Origin: Thermodesulfobacteriota bacterium
GTDB taxonomy: Bacteria; Desulfobacterota_D; UBA1144; Nemesobacterales; UBA2774
Length of the DNA: 64,000 nt
NCBI GenBank assembly: GCA_040754335.1
Contig: JBFMCV010000005.1
Span: forward strand, 263,586 to 327,585
Direction of reading: 5' to 3'
In this document: positions 38,776-47,800 of the stretch, in pieces
Layout of the letters: each line of letters opens with the position of its first letter
Numbering within the stretch: the first letter of the stretch is position 1
Program-made: the position numbers and the translations under genes
The notes under the pieces: generated by a model
Told to the model about the DNA's origin: nothing
The model's database searches: none
The model's input: only the letters and a program-made list of their open reading frames with translations

Positions 38776-38961
38776 CTCATCCGTCCGGGTTTCATTTCAC
38801 GTAATTTATTTAGGCGCATAAGGCGGGTATCGCTTAGTTGAAATTTTCCGTGAATTAATTGTTAATCGGCGAGTACTTACACGTAAGTTATTGACAACGA
38901 AAAACGTTTAACTGTAAATTTTCAAAAGGCGTGGATTTCTTAATTTAGAGAACACTACTCA

Positions 38962-39642
38962 GAAGGAGGATTTTCAGCCGTGACGAGGATAAGGAAATAC
39001 TTCCCTCTCATTATTTTCATAATTCCGGTAACAGCGATTTTATTAATCTTAGGACCGACCAGGTTCAACAAGCCCGTAAAGGGGAGCTCCGATTCTCTGA
39101 GCGTTCGGACAGAGAACGACTTCGTTACGGACCCCGGACTTGTAGCCCTGCCCGGGGAGGACATAGTGGCTGTGCTTCTGGAATCCCAGGACTGCAGCGT
39201 TCTCGAGAAAGACACCGGGGGTAAGGGTTACGACATAATCCCGTATAGATATACGGCGCCGATGGAGCAGACGTTCTGCTGGGACGACCGGAACAAGGGT
39301 GCGGGGCATTACATGGTGCTGGTAGACGACGAGGGCGTTGAGGTTCTTCAAGTTAATGCGAACGGGGAATGCGCTACGGGGACGGTGGAGGCCGGGGATT
39401 ACGAGATGAGGGTGTTCCACGACGAGGAGACGGAGAAGAACGTGGCCGTGTTCATAGTGCCCGAGAACAACAAATCTACTCTCAGCACTGCGTCGGACGA
39501 GACGCTCGAGAATATATCAACCTTTCTCGATACGGACAGGTGCGTGGGGTGTGATCTTTCTGGGGCGAACCTTTACAATGCCGATCTCAGCGGAGTGGAC
39601 CTTGAGGGGGCGAAGCTTAATGACGCGATATTGGCTAATGCG
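38962..39642 (+). repeat. About 680 bp block nucleotide-identical to 44854-45534 (RBS plus the 5' coding region of the giant paralogs)
   Basis: Six-frame ORFs on both strands are letter-for-letter identical between the copies (e.g. 39049-39420 and 44941-45312). The offset is exactly 5892 bp. Identity decays to about 80-90% after 39642. Confidence 0.85.
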
Positions 39643-42600
39643 GATCTGAGCGGAGCAAACCTGAAAGGGGCTGAGCTTAAGAACGCTGACCTGACGGGGG
39701 CTAAGCTGAAGGGGGCGGCGCTTGCAGGAGCGGACCTCACGAACGCGGTTCTAATAAACTCGGACCTTTCGGACGCGGACCTCACCGCGGCCAACATGGA
39801 GGGCGCGGACGTAACGGGGGCTAACGTCACGGACGCTCAACTTTCAGGGGCGGTTACGACAGGGATAGTACGAAATAATATTGACACGGGTGAAGAGATT
39901 AAACCGAGGGTCCACGAGGACATGGTTTCAACCGTCACCTGCACTACTGGTGCAATAGCCGCCGGAACGGGGGAGGACCTCGATGTCACGGGCCCGTGCA
40001 CGGTCGGCGCGGGGACTTACCACTACCGCAACGTTCATATATATAACGGCGGCTCGCTCACTTTCGAGGACGCCGTAATTCATTTCTGGGCTTACAACAT
40101 ACTTGTGGAAAATAACGGGAGCCTAATTGCGGGTTCTGTAACAACTCCTATCGGCGCAGCCGGCGGTAAACTGACGATTCATTTATACGGCGAGGACCAG
40201 GGCAACGGCGGAAAAGGCGTTCTCTGCAAAACGGGCGACATGTGCGGCGTGGATACCAACATATGGAACAACGACCATACGAGCAAGCAGAGCCTGCCCG
40301 GTCCGGTATCCGACTTCTTCTACCAGTACCATCACCTGCCTGTTGACTCGGGCGATACTCATGGCTACTTCGGGTACAAGACTCTCGCGGTCTCTTACGG
40401 CGGGACTTTGAGATTGTTCGGAAAGAAGGGGGCACTTTATCCCGATACAGCTCCCTCGCCTTCCGATTCCGGAATGAGCTGGGTGCGTCTAAACGGCACG
40501 GTCAACGTCGGAGCCACGCAGCTTACGGTCGACCGTCCCGTCGATTGGGGAGTCGGGGACAGGATCGTGATCACTACGACCGACTATCTCCCCGCGCATT
40601 CCGAGGTCCTCGAAATAATAGCGCCGCCAGTCAGCAGTACGACGTTTAATTTCAAGGTCATAAACCCGTTCACGGGCGCGGAAATACCCGGCGGGCTGAA
40701 GTACAGGCACCACGGCGTCACTTACCCCCTGACCGCGATACCTACTTCATACGGAATAAACATCAAGGTCAACGGCCAGCCGGCCGCCGAGACAAGGGCT
40801 GCAGTTGCGCTGCTGTCGCGCAGCATACGCATAGTTTCGGGGGGCGACACTTTCAACGCCGCGAACCCCACGTGTGAATACGACTGCCTCAGCAGCTCCC
40901 CCGCGACCTATCACTTCGGGGGCCACACGAGCGTGAGACAAGGGGCTAAAGAGGTCAAGATACAGGGCGTCGAGTTTTACCAGCTCGGGCAGGGCGGGAG
41001 GCTCGGACACTATCCGGTCCACTTCCACATAGCGAGGCAAGTTCCGGACGGCACTTTCGTGAAGGACTCCTCCATATGGGATTCGATGACCCGGTTTATC
41101 ACCATACATGCGACCCAGGGCGTTACGCTCGCGAGAAACGTGGGTTTCATGTCCATAGGCCACGGTTTTTATCTCGAGGACGGCACGGAGATAAACAACA
41201 AGCTCTATTCGAATATAGGCATACTTGCGCGCGCGGCGGTAAACAACCCTCAGAACCCGCGCCAGGTGCCGGGCATACTCGCCTGGAGCGGGAACCCCGG
41301 CGCTCCGCTGGTTCCTTATAATTCGGATATCTACAATCCAACCGTTTTCTGGATCATGAACGGGTGGAACGATTTCGAATATAACATGGCCGCGGGCGCA
41401 ACCGGGTGCGGCGTGTGCTACTGGCTCCTTTCCGGCGCCAACAGCGGCGCTTCGCAGGGCATGAAGTGGGAATCCTACGCCTCGATGCAGAGCGGCCCGG
41501 TCAAGACGGTAGACATGAAGACGTACGAGGAAAATTTCGGCAGGGCAGGGATGACGCCTCTTAAATCGTTCGTAGGCAACTACTGCACGTCGGCAATGAT
41601 GTCCTTCAATACCGTGGGAGCCACTGATTCATGCATAGGCGTGAGCAGCTTCACTCCGCTTACCAACCCGCTGGCCGAGACGCCGGCAGGGGATAAAAAC
41701 ATGGAAACCTATTACCCGAAGGTCGACCCCGGAGGCGGACGCTTCGCCACCAGGTGCGACGGCACTGACTGCGGCCCGACGGCGATACCGAACAGGTGCA
41801 GCACCGGCGACCGGAGCAAGTGCATGGTCACTGTACTCGACAGGTACACTTCGTCCTTCCACTGGCCTCAGCAGAATTTCGCCGCGATATGGCTCCGTCC
41901 GCAGTGGTACCTCTATATAAATAGCTTCCTCTCAGACGTGCAGAACGGCGGGCTCGGCTTCGTTACCGGAGGGGACTATACGCTTGCGAGCGTAATCCCG
42001 GGTCTCTGGCAGCTTGCGACGAAATCCGTCTTCGTAGGACATACACAGACCGATAACCCTCTCTCTTCGAACGCAGGGCCGTTCAACCCGCTCAAGAGCA
42101 CAGACATGAAGATTTCCGGCCTTGTCTGCGACAACGGCGATGCCAACCACTGCAGGTCGGCAGCGGAGGGTATAAGCATGCCGATCGACAATTTCGGCGT
42201 GAATCAGCGTTTCTACAACATATACGACGGCCCCAATTACCAGGACACGAACGCGTACCTCGACATAACGGAAACAAATCTCAACCCGGTGTGCCAGCCG
42301 GGCAATTGTCCCCAGTTCGGACCGGGAATCGGCATGCCTGCATGGATGTATACGCGGGTTATAGGAGTACCTGTAAACAAGACGAAGAACGCGTGTGTCC
42401 TGCCGAACGCGGCTATAGGATGGAAACAGCCGAACGGATTTTTCTATCCCCCTGCTTTCCATTCGGAGAAGCTTTATTTCCACAATGTGGACATACGACA
42501 TTATGTGCTTGAGCCTCTTTGGGATGCCGGTACATATACAACGAATGAGGATAAAGTCAAAACGGATTACTGCACGTTTCCAGCAAGCAATATGTTCGGA

Positions 42601-44622
42601 AACTTCAGCAGTGTCGACAGGCAGACCGTGCTAAACGACGACGACGGGTCGCTCACCGGACTATTGAGTCCCCCTGTTCCCGCCAAGGGTGAAACTATTT
42701 CAGTGAACCTCGACCCCTTCTTTAACGCACCGATTGAAGCAACTGAGTGCGAGTCCTTCAACACCGCAAAAACGAGTCCGTACGAGTACCTATCTACCAT
42801 TATTTATCCGGGTTGTGTGGGGAACAAGGACTGCGGCGCAAAGTGCGCCATCGACCAGAAGCCGTGCCTCGATAACAGCAACTGCGGCGGGGTTTGCAAG
42901 ATCGACCACAAGTCATGCTCCACTAACAACGATTGCAATTTGAGTAATCCGGACAATACGTGCGACTTTGGCCTCAATGCGTGTAATCTCAATGTTTCTT
43001 ACTGGTCAAGGCCATGTACTAACGCATCCTGCTACGGTGTCCCTCTGGAGAGGCAGCTCTTGACGTCAGCGGACAATCCTGATTTGTCCACAACGGGAAT
43101 CCGAATGGCCGGGATGGATCTCTATCAGAGGAGCATGATGACGCTCAACGACGGCGTTTATTACATTGATACGACGGTTTCGGAGGCCGAGCAGAGAAAG
43201 ACCGCGCAGAACCTGAACGTGTTTAAGCCGGGGGATACATACTATGTGTTCTTCCTCTACGCCAAGCCGAGCACGAAGCAGACATACCAGATATACGTGG
43301 GCACAGGGCTTAACCTTGACACCGATGTCAACATCGTACGTGCCAACATTGCCGGTTTTCCGATCATGTTCCCTGCAGGACCGGCCGACTGGGGCAGCGT
43401 CGGGTGGACGAAGAATTACGACAGCAATACTGGCATACTGACCGTCACTGTCGATATGAGCTCGTTCGCTACGGAATTCGCAGACACAAAGAAAGATTTC
43501 TGCCAGCCGGCGAGCTTCTGCACCCTGACCGGGGATACATGCGGATGCTCGACCTCGCTCCCGAGTGACCAGCTTGCGGCTTGCCAGGCGGGCAATATAT
43601 GCGGCAAGTGGGCGGGAAAGGATATAGACTGTCCCAAGGGCGGGTGCCTCGGTTTCTCGTTCAAACTCCCGAATCCGGGTTTCGTCGCGGACAATAAGGG
43701 GAATATCCTCCAACCCACGGGACACCGCCCAAAGCCTGTGTGCTTCCCGAACGAGGCTCCCTGGAATATAAGCCTGACGCGCGCGTCTGTTGAAGTCGCG
43801 GGCTCGTGCTCGACTACGCCGATAGACAATCCCAAGTTCTGCTCGCCGGGTGTTCCGCCTCCACCTCCGCCTCCGACCGAGCCTCCACCTCCGCCCCCGC
43901 CTCCTCCCCCAGGCGCTGATAAGGACAACGACGGAGTTGGGGACGACGTTGATTCCGACGGTGATAACGACGGCATTCCTAACAGCATGGAATCGTCATC
44001 GAGCGCTACAAACGTATTGAGCTCGACGCGCCTGACGATACTCAACGACCCCGACGGGGACGGGATACCGAACGAGTTCGACCTTGATTCGGACGGGGAC
44101 GGCATCCCCGACCACTTCGAAGCGGGCGGGAACAACGATGCGAACAGGGACGGACTTGCGGACAACCATATTGATACGGACGGGGACGGCCACCACGACG
44201 CGCACGATCCCGAAACGGGCGGCGCTCTCCTGCCGCTCCACGACACGGACGGGGACGATATACCGGACTTCCTGGATACGGATTCGGACGGGGACGGCGT
44301 TACAGACACGAATGAAACTGCGGGCTGTGTGGATGCGGACGGGGACGGTGAGCACGATAATTCCGGTGATTCGAACAGTGACGGACTTCCGGACAGCGTT
44401 CATCCCGCTACGGGCGCCCCGTGCGGTTTAATCGATTCGGACGGTGACGGGATTTTCGACCACCTCGACGCCGTGCACGACGGAGGGGGTGTTGAAGATG
44501 ACGGAGGCGGGAACTGCGCGATCGCCGGAACCGGTAGCGGCAAAGGAAGCCTCGCCGGACTCCTGCTCGCGTATTCTCTCATACCCGCAAGCATCCTTGT
44601 ACGCAGGAAGATGAGGAGTTAG
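38980..44622 (+). CDS. Giant secreted/surface protein 1 (1880 aa) with pentapeptide repeats, a large conserved core, Cys-rich inserts, a poly-Pro linker, TSP3-like Ca-binding repeats and a C-terminal sorting-like signal
   Basis: GTG start 8 nt after the RBS AAGGAGGA. N-terminal TM/signal (YFPLIIFIIPVTAILLILG). Pentapeptide repeats A(D/N)L(S/T)GA(N/K)L. Motifs shared with the paralog (RAAVALLSRSIRIVS, GVEFYQLGQGGR.G.YPVH.H, NGWNDFEYNMAAGA). PPPPPPTEPPPPPPPPPP. DxDxDG repeats (DSDGDGIPDHFE etc). C-terminus GGGNCAIAGTGSGKGSLAGLLLAYSLIPASILVRRKMRS. Confidence 0.85.
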   Translation: MTRIRKYFPLIIFIIPVTAILLILGPTRFNKPVKGSSDSLSVRTENDFVTDPGLVALPGEDIVAVLLESQDCSVLEKDTGGKGYDIIPYRYTAPMEQTFCWDDRNKGAGHYMVLVDDEGVEVLQVNANGECATGTVEAGDYEMRVFHDEETEKNVAVFIVPENNKSTLSTASDETLENISTFLDTDRCVGCDLSGANLYNADLSGVDLEGAKLNDAILANADLSGANLKGAELKNADLTGAKLKGAALAGADLTNAVLINSDLSDADLTAANMEGADVTGANVTDAQLSGAVTTGIVRNNIDTGEEIKPRVHEDMVSTVTCTTGAIAAGTGEDLDVTGPCTVGAGTYHYRNVHIYNGGSLTFEDAVIHFWAYNILVENNGSLIAGSVTTPIGAAGGKLTIHLYGEDQGNGGKGVLCKTGDMCGVDTNIWNNDHTSKQSLPGPVSDFFYQYHHLPVDSGDTHGYFGYKTLAVSYGGTLRLFGKKGALYPDTAPSPSDSGMSWVRLNGTVNVGATQLTVDRPVDWGVGDRIVITTTDYLPAHSEVLEIIAPPVSSTTFNFKVINPFTGAEIPGGLKYRHHGVTYPLTAIPTSYGINIKVNGQPAAETRAAVALLSRSIRIVSGGDTFNAANPTCEYDCLSSSPATYHFGGHTSVRQGAKEVKIQGVEFYQLGQGGRLGHYPVHFHIARQVPDGTFVKDSSIWDSMTRFITIHATQGVTLARNVGFMSIGHGFYLEDGTEINNKLYSNIGILARAAVNNPQNPRQVPGILAWSGNPGAPLVPYNSDIYNPTVFWIMNGWNDFEYNMAAGATGCGVCYWLLSGANSGASQGMKWESYASMQSGPVKTVDMKTYEENFGRAGMTPLKSFVGNYCTSAMMSFNTVGATDSCIGVSSFTPLTNPLAETPAGDKNMETYYPKVDPGGGRFATRCDGTDCGPTAIPNRCSTGDRSKCMVTVLDRYTSSFHWPQQNFAAIWLRPQWYLYINSFLSDVQNGGLGFVTGGDYTLASVIPGLWQLATKSVFVGHTQTDNPLSSNAGPFNPLKSTDMKISGLVCDNGDANHCRSAAEGISMPIDNFGVNQRFYNIYDGPNYQDTNAYLDITETNLNPVCQPGNCPQFGPGIGMPAWMYTRVIGVPVNKTKNACVLPNAAIGWKQPNGFFYPPAFHSEKLYFHNVDIRHYVLEPLWDAGTYTTNEDKVKTDYCTFPASNMFGNFSSVDRQTVLNDDDGSLTGLLSPPVPAKGETISVNLDPFFNAPIEATECESFNTAKTSPYEYLSTIIYPGCVGNKDCGAKCAIDQKPCLDNSNCGGVCKIDHKSCSTNNDCNLSNPDNTCDFGLNACNLNVSYWSRPCTNASCYGVPLERQLLTSADNPDLSTTGIRMAGMDLYQRSMMTLNDGVYYIDTTVSEAEQRKTAQNLNVFKPGDTYYVFFLYAKPSTKQTYQIYVGTGLNLDTDVNIVRANIAGFPIMFPAGPADWGSVGWTKNYDSNTGILTVTVDMSSFATEFADTKKDFCQPASFCTLTGDTCGCSTSLPSDQLAACQAGNICGKWAGKDIDCPKGGCLGFSFKLPNPGFVADNKGNILQPTGHRPKPVCFPNEAPWNISLTRASVEVAGSCSTTPIDNPKFCSPGVPPPPPPPTEPPPPPPPPPPGADKDNDGVGDDVDSDGDNDGIPNSMESSSSATNVLSSTRLTILNDPDGDGIPNEFDLDSDGDGIPDHFEAGGNNDANRDGLADNHIDTDGDGHHDAHDPETGGALLPLHDTDGDDIPDFLDTDSDGDGVTDTNETAGCVDADGDGEHDNSGDSNSDGLPDSVHPATGAPCGLIDSDGDGIFDHLDAVHDGGGVEDDGGGNCAIAGTGSGKGSLAGLLLAYSLIPASILVRRKMRS

Positions 44623-44871
44623 TACGACAAATTCGTCTGCACTCAATCGTCCTTACAGCATTGCTTCGAGCGGGGTGTCGCGTGTCGTAACGACACCCTG
44701 TTCGAAACTCCTCCCTGCGGTAAACCGGTTACCGGGTTAATCAATCGATATAAACAGTAGTCTTTTGGTTTTTTATGTTCTTTTGATATATAAATACAAG
44801 AAGCGTTAAAATTATCATGGAGTTGGATGTTTCTATAATTGGGGCAATACCTTGAAGGAGGATATTCAGCC

Positions 44872-47800
44872 GTGACGAGGATAAGGAAATACTTCCCTCT
44901 CATTATTTTCATAATTCCGGTAACAGCGATTTTATTAATCTTAGGACCGACCAGGTTCAACAAGCCCGTAAAGGGGAGCTCCGATTCTCTGAGCGTTCGG
45001 ACAGAGAACGACTTCGTTACGGACCCCGGACTTGTAGCCCTGCCCGGGGAGGACATAGTGGCTGTGCTTCTGGAATCCCAGGACTGCAGCGTTCTCGAGA
45101 AAGACACCGGGGGTAAGGGTTACGACATAATCCCGTATAGATATACGGCGCCGATGGAGCAGACGTTCTGCTGGGACGACCGGAACAAGGGTGCGGGGCA
45201 TTACATGGTGCTGGTAGACGACGAGGGCGTTGAGGTTCTTCAAGTTAATGCGAACGGGGAATGCGCTACGGGGACGGTGGAGGCCGGGGATTACGAGATG
45301 AGGGTGTTCCACGACGAGGAGACGGAGAAGAACGTGGCCGTGTTCATAGTGCCCGAGAACAACAAATCTACTCTCAGCACTGCGTCGGACGAGACGCTCG
45401 AGAATATATCAACCTTTCTCGATACGGACAGGTGCGTGGGGTGTGATCTTTCTGGGGCGAACCTTTACAATGCCGATCTCAGCGGAGTGGACCTTGAGGG
45501 GGCGAAGCTTAATGACGCGATATTGGCTAATGCGAATCTCTCAGGGGCTAACTTAAAGGGGGCGGAGCTCAGGAACGCTGACCTGACGGGGGCTAAGCTC
45601 AAGGGTGCAACACTTGCGGGTGCAGATCTCACGAACGCGGTGCTTATAAACTCGGACCTCTCAGACGCGGACCTCACCGCGGCCAACATGGAGGGCGCGG
45701 ATGTGACGGGGGCTAATTTCGGTAATGCAAACCTTACGGGCGTCTTACAAACCAAATCCGCTGATACGGGCGCCGACGCCGGTGAAGATATTGTCTCACT
45801 GAGCGAGGAGCTGGAGGCCGCTCCAACAGACACATGTTCCGAGGGTAAGCTCGCGCCGGGGGACGGAACGAAGGACCTCCTTATATCTGCTAAATGCGAT
45901 GTGTCGGCTGGAGTATACCTTTATCAGAACGTAAACGTTATACAAAACGGCGTGCTCAATTTCGTGGACGGGGGCGGAGAGACGCATTTCTGGGCCAAGT
46001 CTATACTGGTCGAGAACAACGGAACTATATCGGCGGGAACCACGCAGGCGCCGTTCGGGAAAAATAAGAGCGTCCTAACGATACACCTCTACGGGGGCGA
46101 CAGCGACAAGACGGGCATTGAATGCAGGACTCCCAAGCAGAATACAAATGATCCGCCGTGCGGCATAGACAAGAATGTGTGGACCTCAAACGGTGGATCA
46201 AAAGTCACCCTGCCGCCGGGTAACATTTCGGATTATTTCTACCAGTATACTCAGCACGATAATACGCAGGGCGAAACGGGTTTCTTCGGCAGAAAAGTAT
46301 TAGCTGTATCCTACGGCGGGACTTTGAAGCTATACGGCAAGAAGGGTGCTAAATACGGGGACAACATTCCAAATTACGACTCGGGCACTAGCTGGGTGAG
46401 GCTAAAGAACGACAAAGACGCATCCAAAACACTAATCTTTCTCGACCGCGACGTGGATTGGGAAGTGGGGGACCGCATAGTGGTCACCACTACGGACTAC
46501 CTTCCCGGGCATTCCGAGGAGCTTCAGATCGTAAAGAAAGAGGGACCGAGAAAGCTCAGGATAACTATTGTCGACCCCGCGACGAATATGCCGCCCGCGG
46601 GCTGTGTCACCGATAATCCCAATGTAGACAAGTGCGGTCTCAGGTGGGTGCATAACGGGGATACTTACCCGGATACTGACTTCAACTTTCAGAGTGACGA
46701 TCTTAAGCGCCTGAGTCTCAATATCAAACTAGCCAACGGCGGGGTCGACAACGGGAAGGCGCTTGCCGAGACCAGGGCCGCTGTCGCGCTCCTCTCCCGC
46801 AGCATACGCATAGTGTCCGCGGGAGACAGTATCCCGGCTGAATCCGGCAGGAAGTGCAAGTTCGACTGCTTCCCGACGGGATTTTACGGCGGCCATACCA
46901 TGTTAAGGCAGGGCATTAAGCTCGTACAGATACAGGGGGTCGAGTTTTACCAACTGGGCCAGGGAGGGCGGAAGGGACGCTACCCGGTCCATTTGCACCT
47001 GCTCCGCAAAGCGCCTCCTACTACGTTCGTTAAAGATTCTTCAATAAACGAGTCTATGACCAGGTGGATTACGTTCCACGGCACGCAGAACGTGACCGCC
47101 GCGAGGAACGTGGGCTGGAAGTCCATAGGGCACGGATATTATCTCGAGGACGGCACGGAGACGGATAACAAGTTATATTCGAACATAGGTATCTTCGCCC
47201 GGGCTGCGCTCAACAACGTACAGAACCCGCGCCAGGTGCCCGGAATTCTGGCGTACGCAGTTGCCGACGTACCTTTTGGAAAGCAGGACACGGTTGCCGT
47301 CCCCTACCACAGTGATTACGCGCAGCCAGCAGTGTTCTGGATAATGAACGGATGGAATGACTTCGAATACAACATGGCCGCGGGGGCGAACGCATGCGGC
47401 ATCTGTTACTGGTGGCTGCCGGGAGCTATAAGCGGCATGTCGCAGGACCAGAAATGGGAGTCCTACGCCTCGCAGCAAAGTAATCTGGGCAGGGCGGGAC
47501 TCACACCGCTCAAGAATTTCAAGGGCAATTACTGCTCTTCGGCGATGAACGCCTTTAATTCCATACAGGATATAAGCCCGTGTCTCGGCGTCGGCGGTAT
47601 TGGAGGCACGTTCCCGACCCTCGAGCCTGTTACCGTAGGAAACATTTCACCTGCGCCTAAGCCGGGGGAGGGGGAAAGATATTATCCCAAGGTTAACGGT
47701 TCGCATAATCCTACGAAATGCGACCAGACTGACTGTTCTAATGCGCCCGTCTGTACATCGGGAGACCGAAAAAATTGCGTGGTCGCTGTTATAGACCGGC

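Noticed and set aside
39049-44403. Numerous 60-300 aa ORFs on both strands within the giant genes (e.g. 43416-44309, 40747-41163)
   Set aside because: Embedded in one uninterrupted 1880 aa frame with coherent domain structure. They are typical GC-rich shadow frames.
44839-44871. Upstream ATG start for giant protein 2 proposed by the ORF track
   Set aside because: The RBS AAGGAGGA sits 8 nt before the GTG at 44872. That GTG is the exact equivalent of the GTG start of paralog 1, and the extra 11 codons have no counterpart in copy 1.
38962-45534. Diversity-generating retroelement (template/variable repeat) as the explanation for the identical blocks in the giant genes
   Set aside because: The repeat is about 680 bp and perfectly identical rather than adenine-mutated. 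No reverse transcriptase gene is nearby. Gene conversion or duplication is the simpler reading.
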